From an uncultured virus (IMG/VR IMGVR_UViG_3300029964_000032) (lineage: Duplodnaviria > Heunggongvirae > Uroviricota > Caudoviricetes): a DNA stretch of 20,000 bases. Position 1 is the stretch's first letter, and each line of letters begins with the position of its first letter. The stretch is from the IMG/VR virus record IMGVR_UViG_3300029964_000032, one strand, 5' to 3'. Under the pieces are notes generated by a model. The model saw nothing but the letters and a program-made list of their open reading frames with translations, did not search any database and was not told the DNA's origin. This document shows positions 1-8,130 of this stretch, in pieces. The position numbers were made by a program, and so were the translations under genes.

Positions 1-129
1 ATCGCCCAGTGGTTCAAGCTGGCCAACAAGGGCGAAGCCGCTGACTACTTCAACCAAGCCGGAGAAATGATGGACGGTGCGGAACGTCTGCTATACAGCC
101 GCAAGAGACCGACCCGTCCGAGTGACTAA
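1..129 (+). CDS. 3' end of a putative virion neck/ring protein (paralog 1, partial)
   Basis: Frame 1 reads IAQWFKLANKGEAADYFNQAGEMMDGAERLLYSRKRPTRPSD*, which aligns by eye with the C-terminus of 149..664 (IAEWYMVTNKADAEQY...RSRPKRPTD). Not in the ORF track. Confidence 0.8.
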   Translation: MAQWFKLANKGEAADYFNQAGEMMDGAERLLYSRKRPTRPSD

Positions 130-148
130 CAAATAATATTTTATTTAC

Positions 149-664
149 ATGGAAGGACAAGAAAAGACATTAGGTGCCAAGAAGAGCGTGACGGCAACCA
201 TCAAAATTTCGTGGCTTCTCTTCGACATCATGAACGAGACCTTCTTGCGTGGCCGTACTATCCAGAACAAGGACAACCACAAGGAGGTGGCGAGCATGTT
301 TGCCTCTGAGGACGAAGAAAACCGCGAGAAGATACTTCGCTCTATCAAGAAAGGCTTTGCCGAGGTGAAGACAGAATTGTCAGACTATCTCAACGAGGAC
401 GGCACAACCACAGACAACAGCCACTATGACGGCAGCACAGACCTGACGCTTAACCTCACAATGCCGAGCAACTTCAACGAGGCTGCAACCACCGGTGTAG
501 GCGAGGCTATCCACGACTACCTGAAGAACTCTGCCATCGCCGAGTGGTACATGGTGACAAACAAGGCAGACGCTGAACAGTACATTGCCCTTGCACAGAG
601 AAGTTTGCTGAGCATCCAACAGGCAGTGAGCAAGCGTAGCCGCCCGAAGCGTCCAACAGACTAA
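149..664 (+). CDS. Putative virion neck/ring (adaptor-like) protein, paralog 2
   Basis: 171-aa ORF with AT-rich leader. Shares LL(F/Y)DIxN near the N-terminus and IH(D/E)YL...(I/V)A(E/D)W...TN near the C-terminus with the next ORF. Function is inferred. Confidence 0.6.
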   Translation: MEGQEKTLGAKKSVTATIKISWLLFDIMNETFLRGRTIQNKDNHKEVASMFASEDEENREKILRSIKKGFAEVKTELSDYLNEDGTTTDNSHYDGSTDLTLNLTMPSNFNEAATTGVGEAIHDYLKNSAIAEWYMVTNKADAEQYIALAQRSLLSIQQAVSKRSRPKRPTD

Positions 665-676
665 GGAGGAACGCTT

Positions 677-1204
677 ATGAGCTGCTGCATAGAGAATGAG
701 GGAGCGAAGCTAAAGGTAAAGCTTACCTTCGAGCGAGAACAGCTGCTCTATGACATCAAGAACAATGCCTATGTGGAGAGCCATGTAATGGCCCCGGAAA
801 CCGAGCACGCCAAGCACATGGTGGCTGACGTTGGCGAGGAGGGCAATGTGGACCGGGTGACAAGAGTGCTGGATTTGGGTATCTCCATGTGCCGGGAAAT
901 ACTTTACCCTTGGTCAAAGAAGGAAATCGTCAAACTCTGTCTTGACGACAAGCTAAAGGAGAGGGAGCAATATCATATAAACATGAGTGTGCCCAACACT
1001 ATTTCGCAAACCACGCTGACCTATGTGGAAAGGCTGATACATGAATACCTTGTGTGCCGAGGCGTGGCCGACTGGCTAAGCATAACTAATCCGTCGAAGT
1101 CGGAGACGTGGCTTGCCAAGGCTGCTGAGGCAGAGCAAGAAATACGCACCTCCATCCATTCAAGAATGGAGAGGAAGCGTATCAGGCAACATTGGTTAGG
1201 ATAA
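677..1204 (+). CDS. Putative virion neck/ring (adaptor-like) protein, paralog 3
   Basis: 175-aa ORF preceded by AAGGAGG; contains LLYDIKNN and IHEYLVCRGVADWLSITN motifs shared with the upstream paralogs. Confidence 0.6.
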   Translation: MSCCIENEGAKLKVKLTFEREQLLYDIKNNAYVESHVMAPETEHAKHMVADVGEEGNVDRVTRVLDLGISMCREILYPWSKKEIVKLCLDDKLKEREQYHINMSVPNTISQTTLTYVERLIHEYLVCRGVADWLSITNPSKSETWLAKAAEAEQEIRTSIHSRMERKRIRQHWLG

Positions 1205-1208
1205 TAAA

Positions 1209-1247
1209 GACAAGAGCCGAGGTGCATCACGCATCCCGGCTCTTGTC
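1209..1247. terminator. Hairpin terminator between convergent genes
   Basis: GACAAGAGCCG (1209-1219) and CGGCTCTTGTC (1237-1247) form a perfect 11-bp stem with an imperfect inner stem. A T-rich tail (TTTATTAT) follows on the minus strand. Confidence 0.8.
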
Positions 1248-1303
1248 ATAGTTACCTAAAACAATCTAACCTTAATAAATAACTAAACCTAATAATATCT
1301 TCT

Positions 1304-4141
1304 TTATCTCGGCTTGTTGGTTTGTCGAGGTGTGAACTCGACTGACGCGCCGTAGATGTTTTCATCTGGTGAGAGTGTGGCTACACCGGCAATTCGGAAA
1401 TACTTGTAAGGAGAGCCACGGAAGCCCTGTAGGTAATGGTCTTTACTTGACCATACAAGGTGCCAGTTCTGCAAGTCGCGCGAACCGTAGAGGGCCGTGG
1501 ATACGTTCCCTTTGCGGAACAGTCCACGCTGTATGACACTGGCGACAGTCTTCAATACGTTTGCCGCTTCAAGCTTGAGAGGGCGTGTGACGTACAGGCA
1601 TTTGACGGTATCCGTTATTGGGACAGAGAAGTTGAGTACAGCATTTTTTGTGTCCATGGCCAGTGCATCCGGATATGAATTGAGGTGTGAGACGATGTTA
1701 GAGAACATCATTCCCCATTGATTTGTCTTCAGCGAGAACACATAGGCGTATGTGATACCGGGCGCATAGACAATGACGCGCTGATGAACATAGTCGTATA
1801 GCATCCGGCACTGCTTCAAAAACTTGGTGAACGATAGCGTAGGCAAGCACTTGTCTGTTGCAGGTTCATGTCCGAGCATAGTGTGCAGCTTGTCGAACCC
1901 GGGAAGCCGGAGCGCATCGAACGGATATTCGGAGTTGATGGCTTCGGATATGCACTGTGTCTGCGAGCCGCTGATCAGCATTATGCCGCGGTCGGTTGGG
2001 AAGAGAACAGCGGAGTCGAGCTGTGTGATGCCGTCGGGATTGATGCACACGTCGCGCGTGATGGGCTGCTTGGCAGAATAGGTGCCAGTAGACGAAACCT
2101 CTAACGCCCATACACCCTCAGAGGTGAAGGCATAGAGAGGAAACTGACCGAACTGTCCTTCAGAAAGAGCCTTTGCTGCAGAACAGATGCCCTTAATCTC
2201 TCCCGTGCCAACGGTGTTGATACCAAGTACCGGGAAGTAGAAGGGGTTGTTGACTTCGGAGGTGTAGATTTTGTTGGCAATCTCAATGGGGAAATTGTTG
2301 TCTTCGTGTGACGGATAGACAGACGGCAGCGACGTGAAGTTCTTTTCACGTACCAGTTCGTAGTCGAGGACAGCAAAGGCACCATTCAGGAACTCATGCT
2401 GTTTGAGGTCGATGGCATAACATGCAGCACTGAAATTATAGATAACCATTTTGTAGGCATTCGGATTTGGGTAGAAAACATAACACCCCCACGAATGCTT
2501 ACTCTTTTTCGTCGTTTGCGTTGAACCGCTGGTAGATACCATTTCAGAGCTACAGAATAACTGCATACCCATTCCATAAAAACGTTCATCTGAAGCCACA
2601 GCATATTCCTGTCCGTTTTCTTTGATGTAAACCATAATGGAATAATCATCAGTAGAGAATGCCGCCATTGATATGTTTAGTGTGGAACCGTTTGGTTGCC
2701 AGTTGTAACGTCCATTGCAATATGCGAACATAGACTGGGCCAGATAGCCGGTAAATGGCTTGCGTTTGAGTCCGGACAAGTTGAGGCGACTATTATAGAC
2801 GAATGAGTAATCAGCATGCAGTTGGTCATGCGTCAGATAGTCGTCGGTCATAACCTCGCGCGTAACAAGAGACTGTAGATATTCATCATCAACGATAATG
2901 TCCTTTCGCTTGTTGTCGGCAATGGCATCTGCAATTTCAAGTGAACACAACTTGTAAAACGTTGAAGTGTTCTTGATAGACTCTGACACCTTTCCTTCAG
3001 TGAACTCCGGCATGTGGAAAGCCGTAGAAGGATAAGAGCGGTCAGACGAATAGTACATAGCGTAGATCTTAGAATACTCCCACTCACAGTAGTAGTCAAG
3101 AAATTCCTTAGAAGAGAACTGCCCGAGTATTTTGTCTTCTGCCTTTGTCGATGTTACGGTGTTCTTATTGTCGGCATACAGACGGCCAATAAACTTTGTA
3201 TTGTAGTTGTCAACATCTGACATGGAAGAAATCTTTCCTTCTTGGTCGTATGTGTATATAGGCTTGGATATGAACACATCAATACTCTTGATAATGTCGG
3301 ACCAGTCATTAAGATCGTACGAGTCGTCATTCCGTACAACCTTATAGTCGAGCGATGCGGCCATAAGCATGATGTCACAGACAGCCTCTGTATAGCTATT
3401 CTTTCCCTTTGCCCTGTTCCACCATACAATGGGAGCTGCCTTAGTAGATGGGTTCATGAGAATGGGTGCGGAATGATAAACAAGTGAACCGTCGTATAGA
3501 CGCAAGGCATAACGGACAAAGAACGGAAAGCAGAACCGTCCTTTGTTGACAGTCTCCTGAGCAACGAACTTGTTGACTTTCGCCATTATCTGTTCTGTGA
3601 TACGAGTCTTGTTGTTCTCTGTGAACTCGTTGTAGAGTGCTCCCTCGGAAATACCATCAAAGTAAATGGTGAACGTACTCTTGCTATCATCGGAAAGACT
3701 GAACAAACGAGGATGGCCGACAAGACCGAACGACACTTCAATATCCGGGATATGGTCGCCCAGTTTGACGTATTTGCCAGACTTCCACAAGTAATAGTAG
3801 AAGCTGCCGGACGTAAAGACGAGCAATGTATTACCTACAGCATTGAAATGAGAAACACTATATAGTGAGCCGACCTCTATGCGTTCTGTTGTGTCCTTGT
3901 CTATTGAGGCTATTTTCCCACTCTTCTCAGAATATACGATGTAGTGAGTGAAAGAGGAAGTCTTGTGTATAAACTTGACGACCTCACCATCTTGAAGCTG
4001 CATAACTTCTGATGGCGCGAGGATAGGCTTCAAGGCACCGTCTTCTGGCAGGAGATTGATGGACACGGCAAGAGAGCCGTCGGAACATTCATAGTCTGAC
4101 GGCACAGCGGAGAAGCCACTATATTTTATTTCTTGGTTCAT
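1304..4141 (-). CDS. Large phage virion protein, probable tail nozzle/stabilisation protein (P22 gp10 / T7 gp12 / crAss muzzle-like)
   Basis: 945 aa, beta-rich. The N-terminus (YSGFSAVPSDYECSDGSLAVSINL), the propeller-like IYTSEVNNPFYFP...QFPLYAFTSEGVWAL segment and a C-terminal beta-sandwich-like end resemble short-tail nozzle proteins. Adjacent to ring-like paralogs. Confidence 0.6.
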   Translation of the reverse strand: MNQEIKYSGFSAVPSDYECSDGSLAVSINLLPEDGALKPILAPSEVMQLQDGEVVKFIHKTSSFTHYIVYSEKSGKIASIDKDTTERIEVGSLYSVSHFNAVGNTLLVFTSGSFYYYLWKSGKYVKLGDHIPDIEVSFGLVGHPRLFSLSDDSKSTFTIYFDGISEGALYNEFTENNKTRITEQIMAKVNKFVAQETVNKGRFCFPFFVRYALRLYDGSLVYHSAPILMNPSTKAAPIVWWNRAKGKNSYTEAVCDIMLMAASLDYKVVRNDDSYDLNDWSDIIKSIDVFISKPIYTYDQEGKISSMSDVDNYNTKFIGRLYADNKNTVTSTKAEDKILGQFSSKEFLDYYCEWEYSKIYAMYYSSDRSYPSTAFHMPEFTEGKVSESIKNTSTFYKLCSLEIADAIADNKRKDIIVDDEYLQSLVTREVMTDDYLTHDQLHADYSFVYNSRLNLSGLKRKPFTGYLAQSMFAYCNGRYNWQPNGSTLNISMAAFSTDDYSIMVYIKENGQEYAVASDERFYGMGMQLFCSSEMVSTSGSTQTTKKSKHSWGCYVFYPNPNAYKMVIYNFSAACYAIDLKQHEFLNGAFAVLDYELVREKNFTSLPSVYPSHEDNNFPIEIANKIYTSEVNNPFYFPVLGINTVGTGEIKGICSAAKALSEGQFGQFPLYAFTSEGVWALEVSSTGTYSAKQPITRDVCINPDGITQLDSAVLFPTDRGIMLISGSQTQCISEAINSEYPFDALRLPGFDKLHTMLGHEPATDKCLPTLSFTKFLKQCRMLYDYVHQRVIVYAPGITYAYVFSLKTNQWGMMFSNIVSHLNSYPDALAMDTKNAVLNFSVPITDTVKCLYVTRPLKLEAANVLKTVASVIQRGLFRKGNVSTALYGSRDLQNWHLVWSSKDHYLQGFRGSPYKYFRIAGVATLSPDENIYGASVEFTPRQTNKPR

Positions 4142-4506
4142 AACGGATGCTTAAATATTATTGGTAAAACTGTTTCGCCGTCGCGTTTCTCTGCTTGGCC
4201 TATCATGAATGAGGCACGCTGCTCTTTTATGCCGCAGTTGTCGAGCATGAGCCGTGCGAGGAGGACGGAAGACGCACAGTAGTTGTTGGAACCTTTCTTT
4301 GTCGGGTGACACTGTGCGACATGCCGTCCTATTGCATTTTGGTGCCGGACAGCAAGCAGGTAGCACTCGCCAAGGTGGAAGGCTACGTTGATACTGTCGC
4401 CCGGCTGGAGCGAGAGTAGCCGCACGACTCTTGCCGTAATGGAAATGCGGCCATTACGGGAGAATGTTATGTCGGGGCGGCGTGTTCGTTCCAAGAGTTT
4501 AATCAT
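4138..4506 (-). CDS. Hypothetical protein with AbrB/SpoVT-like N-terminal motif
   Basis: ITFSRNGRISITARVVRLLSLQPGDSINV resembles the AbrB swapped-hairpin pattern; 4-bp overlap with the start of the 945-aa gene. Confidence 0.5.
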   Translation of the reverse strand: MIKLLERTRRPDITFSRNGRISITARVVRLLSLQPGDSINVAFHLGECYLLAVRHQNAIGRHVAQCHPTKKGSNNYCASSVLLARLMLDNCGIKEQRASFMIGQAEKRDGETVLPIIFKHPL

Positions 4507-4510
4507 AATG

Positions 4511-4518
4511 CAAAGATA
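4511..4518 (-). promoter_or_regulatory. Bacteroidota -7 promoter element
   Basis: Minus strand reads TATCTTTG(C), matching TAnnTTTG, 4 nt before the ATG at 4506. Confidence 0.6.
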
Positions 4519-4557
4519 TAGGGTTGTTGATGAAAGATGGTTTTAAGTTTAGAGGGG

Positions 4558-4590
4558 CGTTCAATCCATCATGTGATGATGAATTGAACG
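4558..4590. other. Stem-loop over the stop codon of the last early-operon ORF
   Basis: CGTTCAAT-c-CATCAT-gtg-ATGATG-a-ATTGAACG: 14 paired bases around one mismatch (a G-U pair on the minus strand); no U-tract. Confidence 0.6.
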
Positions 4591-4745
4591 TAGAAGTGAA
4601 ACTCCCGGCACAACCTTGGTATTTGTGGGTAGTGCTTTGGATCCTCATTGTAGGGGAGGTATATGCACCGCTCCTTGGTGTTGCAGTGAATACCTCTCCT
4701 ACGTAGCTTGTAGAGCATGTTAGCCCTGCGTTTGGGATGGCGCAT
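4569..4745 (-). CDS. Small basic hypothetical protein (58 aa), below the ORF-track cutoff
   Basis: MRHPKRRANMLYKLRRRGIHCNTKERCIYLPYNEDPKHYPQIPRLCREFHFYVQFIIT*. Alternative start at 4718, 2 nt after the upstream stop. Fills the gap in the minus-strand operon. Confidence 0.65.
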   Translation of the reverse strand: MRHPKRRANMLYKLRRRGIHCNTKERCIYLPYNEDPKHYPQIPRLCREFHFYVQFIIT

Positions 4746-5139
4746 CTTTCAAGAATTTAAGGCGCGTAGCAAGATTGCCGAGATAATTGCTCATGTTTAT
4801 ACGCTGGAGAGCCATGAGCCAAATCTGGTTTTCATCGCATACCTTCTCTGCCTTGCCACTTTCAAGAAAGTTGTCGAGCTTGTTGTAACGCTCCTTCAAT
4901 TCGTCGTGCTCTATCTGCAAGCGGTCGATGAAGCTGTCGGCACACTTGTAGGCTTGCTCAAAGACAGACTTAGGCGACCAAGAGTCGTAGGTGCTGCCGT
5001 CCGGATTGGTGTACTGCACGTGATAACCTTCACGCCATTCGTGGTTGTCCTCGTTCTTGCGAGCGTAACCTTTATCTACTGCGGCCAATTCGTTCATAGG
5101 TTCGGCCTTAACCTGTTTTGTTCCGATGTAAGTTTTCAT
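4720..5139 (-). CDS. Two-domain candidate anti-defence protein (N-terminal YIGTK...SWSPKxVFE domain plus C-terminal crAss001_48 / T4 rIIB.1-like helical domain)
   Basis: aa 1-65 carry YIGTK, GYxVxY and YxSWSPKSVFEQAY. aa 69-129 carry RLQIEHDELKERYNKLDNFL...LQRINMSNYLGNLATRL. Confidence 0.7.
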   Translation of the reverse strand: MKTYIGTKQVKAEPMNELAAVDKGYARKNEDNHEWREGYHVQYTNPDGSTYDSWSPKSVFEQAYKCADSFIDRLQIEHDELKERYNKLDNFLESGKAEKVCDENQIWLMALQRINMSNYLGNLATRLKFLKDAPSQTQG

Positions 5140-5390
5140 TGTTTTATTGTTTTATGTTTACCATGACGTTTCAAACACACTTCACATTTGATGAAAGTGT
5201 TTTTGTTGATCATCGTTTCTAATTGATGCTGCCTTTCGTGTTCCATCTTTGATAAGAACTTAGCATCGCTAAATCCTTTCTTGTAACCATCGAAGTAGCC
5301 CTGCTCTTTTCCTTTGTCTTTGCCTAATTGCCAAGCGAGCAGGAGAAAGAAAGCGACGAGAAGGGCTATTGTCCATATAGCTGCTATCAT
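5136..5390 (-). CDS. Hypothetical membrane-anchored protein
   Basis: 84 aa; N-terminal hydrophobic helix followed by GKEQGYFDGYKKGFSDA repeats; 4-bp overlaps on both sides. Confidence 0.7.
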   Translation of the reverse strand: MIAAIWTIALLVAFFLLLAWQLGKDKGKEQGYFDGYKKGFSDAKFLSKMEHERQHQLETMINKNTFIKCEVCLKRHGKHKTIKQ

Positions 5391-5680
5391 CGTCTTGCCT
5401 TTCTTTTGCGTTTAGGGTTACGGATTGGGTACAGCCCGTCCTCATCATCGTGCCACCAGTTGTAGCCGTATCCGTGTTCGACGCGCCCTCCGGGATAGGA
5501 GCGTGAGTAGATGAGGACACGTCCCCACTTGTCCATGACATAGCAGGTGCTGTAGTTCTTGCCTCTTATTGACAGGCTCCAGTGTTCGCGGATGCGAAGG
5601 TAGAGGTACATGGCCTTGTTGGTAAGGCGTTGAGGCATTACCTTGTAGTTGTCGATTTTTCGTGCAATTCTTCTTTTCAT
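5387..5680 (-). CDS. Basic hypothetical protein (MKRRIARKI N-terminus)
   Basis: 97 aa; overlapping start/stop with neighbours. Confidence 0.7.
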   Translation of the reverse strand: MKRRIARKIDNYKVMPQRLTNKAMYLYLRIREHWSLSIRGKNYSTCYVMDKWGRVLIYSRSYPGGRVEHGYGYNWWHDDEDGLYPIRNPKRKRKARR

Positions 5681-5895
5681 ACGAATTTGTTTCTTGAAAG
5701 TTTTTCTTTATAATAGAATGGCTTAATCTTGCCGTCCGCTACGCCATTCCAATAGTAGCGGAGAGCCTTTTTAATTTGCGGTTGGCGGTATGTTGCACAC
5801 CACTGGAGAGCACGGTCGAACCATGCGCTGCTCATGCGGTCGATTGGGGTGTACTTTACCATGCGGACTATTTTCCGGGCTTGTCGTGAGCGCAT
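5677..5895 (-). CDS. Basic hypothetical protein (MRSRQARKI N-terminus)
   Basis: 72 aa; GGAG-type sequence upstream; tiles the operon. Confidence 0.7.
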   Translation of the reverse strand: MRSRQARKIVRMVKYTPIDRMSSAWFDRALQWCATYRQPQIKKALRYYWNGVADGKIKPFYYKEKLSRNKFV

Positions 5896-6113
5896 CCTTT
5901 CTCCTCCTTTTTGTCGGAATAATCGACCTTTAATACAAATTTTCTGCCAATATATTCTTTTCTACCCCGAAGATCTTTGAGTGTCAGACCTTTTGGAACT
6001 TTAATATGCTTACACATATATAGTGACACTCTAAGGTTTTTGACATCGACATTTTTTGAACGATGGTCTGTAATTTCGATGCAGCGCATTGTCAGCTTAT
6101 AAACTTTATTCAT
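5868..6113 (-). CDS. Hypothetical protein
   Basis: 81 aa, AT-rich, tiles the operon. Confidence 0.55.
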   Translation of the reverse strand: MNKVYKLTMRCIEITDHRSKNVDVKNLRVSLYMCKHIKVPKGLTLKDLRGRKEYIGRKFVLKVDYSDKKEEKGCAHDKPGK

Positions 6114-6156
6114 TGCTTATGACCACTAATTTATAACCATATTTTAGAGTTGTATC

Positions 6157-6768
6157 TTATTTTACAAGATAAAAATTGTAAACGAAAACCCAAGGGTTGC
6201 TCTCCCATGTGCCCTTGCCGCTGATTTTGTCTATCAGGGCAGCGTAGGCTTCTTTCGCTGTTCTGAACGAGGAGTTGGCAAGACCGTGATACCAATACGT
6301 CGTGCCTTCAAGCCCTACGTTGTCGTCACGCCAAATGCCTTCTTTTAGGCAATCTTCTTCGCTGATGTCTTGCAGACGTTCTACGCGGATGTTGGTAATG
6401 CGAATATGATGGGGCATAAGGTCTGCACGGACAAACATCTTGTTGTTGCACCCTCTCTCGTATTTGATGCACTCCAAAGGCATTCCGTTTTTGCCACAAA
6501 GACGGTAAAATTCATCGTTCTTTATCAAATCTTCGTATTTCTGGGCGATGGCTATGGTTTCGCCTATTTTATAGTGGGCGGTTTTAAACCTGTTGTTGCA
6601 AAGCGTAAGCAGAGCCTGCCCATTGTCGAGCTTTTTGAGTTGAAAATCTTCACCATCAAACACAACAAACCCGTTTTGCGTATAGACTATTCTTCTTGTC
6701 TGCGTCTTTCGACCGTCAAGTACGGCTTGTGTTAAGCCGCACTCGTCGTTGAACATTATCTTTTTCAT
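6157..6768 (-). CDS. ASCH/PUA-like domain phage protein
   Basis: IMFND...AVLDGRKTQTRR, IRITNIRVERLQDISEEDCLKEG and WESNPWVFVYNF motifs. Confidence 0.75.
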   Translation of the reverse strand: MKKIMFNDECGLTQAVLDGRKTQTRRIVYTQNGFVVFDGEDFQLKKLDNGQALLTLCNNRFKTAHYKIGETIAIAQKYEDLIKNDEFYRLCGKNGMPLECIKYERGCNNKMFVRADLMPHHIRITNIRVERLQDISEEDCLKEGIWRDDNVGLEGTTYWYHGLANSSFRTAKEAYAALIDKISGKGTWESNPWVFVYNFYLVK

Positions 6769-6801
6769 AAAAATATTATTAATAAGTTTGAGTATTTAAA
6801 T

Positions 6802-6990
6802 CTATCGTCCGAGCGGCTCTGGAGGTATCGCACGACTAAATTTGCGTACGATACGCTCGGCACGGCGTATGCGTTCGTCAATGAGTGTTAGTAGAAGCAC
6901 GTTAGAAGGACGCACGTCATATCTATTCCAATAGTTAGCCGTTCTACGCCCTGATCTCTTGATGATTTTTCTCGCTTGCCGAAGTTTCAT
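6802..6990 (-). CDS. Basic hypothetical protein (MKLRQARKI N-terminus, 62 aa)
   Basis: Start moved to the ATG at 6990, just after the stop of 6993..7451. Confidence 0.65.
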   Translation of the reverse strand: MKLRQARKIIKRSGRRTANYWNRYDVRPSNVLLLTLIDERIRRAERIVRKFSRAIPPEPLGR

Positions 6991-6992
6991 AT

Positions 6993-7451
6993 TTATACTT
7001 TTAGTTCTGCGTTCAACCCCAACGCCCAAAGGATATGTTGAAGTTCGTGGATGTATTTAATTTTTCGTAACAGAGCATAATCGTACAAACTACAATACTT
7101 AATGAAAACGACCCAATTACCACTTTTCCGCTCTACCGCCAAATATCTCGCAAGAGAATACTCCTCGTTATCAAGAGGCTTTGTATAGTATTCACCAACG
7201 GCTTCTTCCTTAAAATCATTTTTGTTGAGTATTTCGGGTGTAACGGGTATGCCTTCGACATTGCAACACCAAACGCCCCAAGGACCGTCGTCGTCATCGT
7301 TGATAGCACTTAGACTGACAACTCCTTTTTTATCATTAAAAACTTTTAGGGGATTTATATCAGAAACAACGCACATTGTGCCTTTCGGAAACGCGCAATC
7401 GCGACTCACCCTTACAAAGTCGCCTGTTCTTAGGTCTTCTGCTTTAATCAT
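6993..7451 (-). CDS. Bacteroidota phage hypothetical protein
   Basis: 152 aa; DLRTGDFV, GIPVTPEILNKNDF and IKYIHELQHIL motifs typical of a recurrent Bacteroidota phage family. Confidence 0.75.
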   Translation of the reverse strand: MIKAEDLRTGDFVRVSRDCAFPKGTMCVVSDINPLKVFNDKKGVVSLSAINDDDDGPWGVWCCNVEGIPVTPEILNKNDFKEEAVGEYYTKPLDNEEYSLARYLAVERKSGNWVVFIKYCSLYDYALLRKIKYIHELQHILWALGLNAELKV

Positions 7452-7732
7452 TTGTCGCCTCCTTTGTTTTGGAATGGTTTATCTGGAAGCAAACACCAGT
7501 ATTTCCACTTGTATTCAGCTTTGTTTGGTACAGGCAATCCCATTTCGTTATACATAGGTGACGGATTGTCAATGTTGGCAATTCGCTTACAAGCATTGCG
7601 TAACAAGGCTTGGAATTTATCTGTAGCTTCTTTTGTCTTGCGGAATGTTAAACGAGTGAAACCACGTTCGCTAAGAAGTACTATCTCTTTGTTGAACGGT
7701 GGCAATTCGTCTGAAAGTTTAATCCATTTCAT
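7448..7732 (-). CDS. DUF551-like protein
   Basis: MKWIKLSDELP...EIVLL at the N-terminus and KYWCLLPDKP at the C-terminus. Confidence 0.65.
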   Translation of the reverse strand: MKWIKLSDELPPFNKEIVLLSERGFTRLTFRKTKEATDKFQALLRNACKRIANIDNPSPMYNEMGLPVPNKAEYKWKYWCLLPDKPFQNKGGDK

Positions 7733-8130
7733 ACTGTACCTCCTTTCTTCACCATTTCGGGATTGTCGTAGATGTTTCCAACAACCTCAACATCGCCTTC
7801 ATAATCGTTGACAACGACTCCGTATAACGACCATGTGCTTGTGCTTACTGGATCGGCATACACTACATCAAAACAGTAACCGCGAACACCATCAACAACA
7901 TGACCGATAACTCTGCCATTGTGTGCGAGAATGTCACCGCCATAAATCTCATGGTTGTTCTTGTCTCTTAGCCCAGTATCCATGCCGAGTGTCTTTTCTT
8001 GTATTGTAACGCAGCCATTCTCAAAGTCTGCATATTCAAAAATAGCTGGTTGTCTACCCATCCAAACCAAGTCACCATGTACCCAACGGCCACTACCAAC
8101 GGCTTTGCCGCGAAAATCAATTGTTCTCAT
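7729..8130 (-). CDS. yopX: YopX family protein
   Basis: MRTIDFRGK...WVHGDL, TGLRDKNNHEIYGGDIL and EVVGNIYDNPE motifs. Confidence 0.9.
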   Translation of the reverse strand: MRTIDFRGKAVGSGRWVHGDLVWMGRQPAIFEYADFENGCVTIQEKTLGMDTGLRDKNNHEIYGGDILAHNGRVIGHVVDGVRGYCFDVVYADPVSTSTWSLYGVVVNDYEGDVEVVGNIYDNPEMVKKGGTV

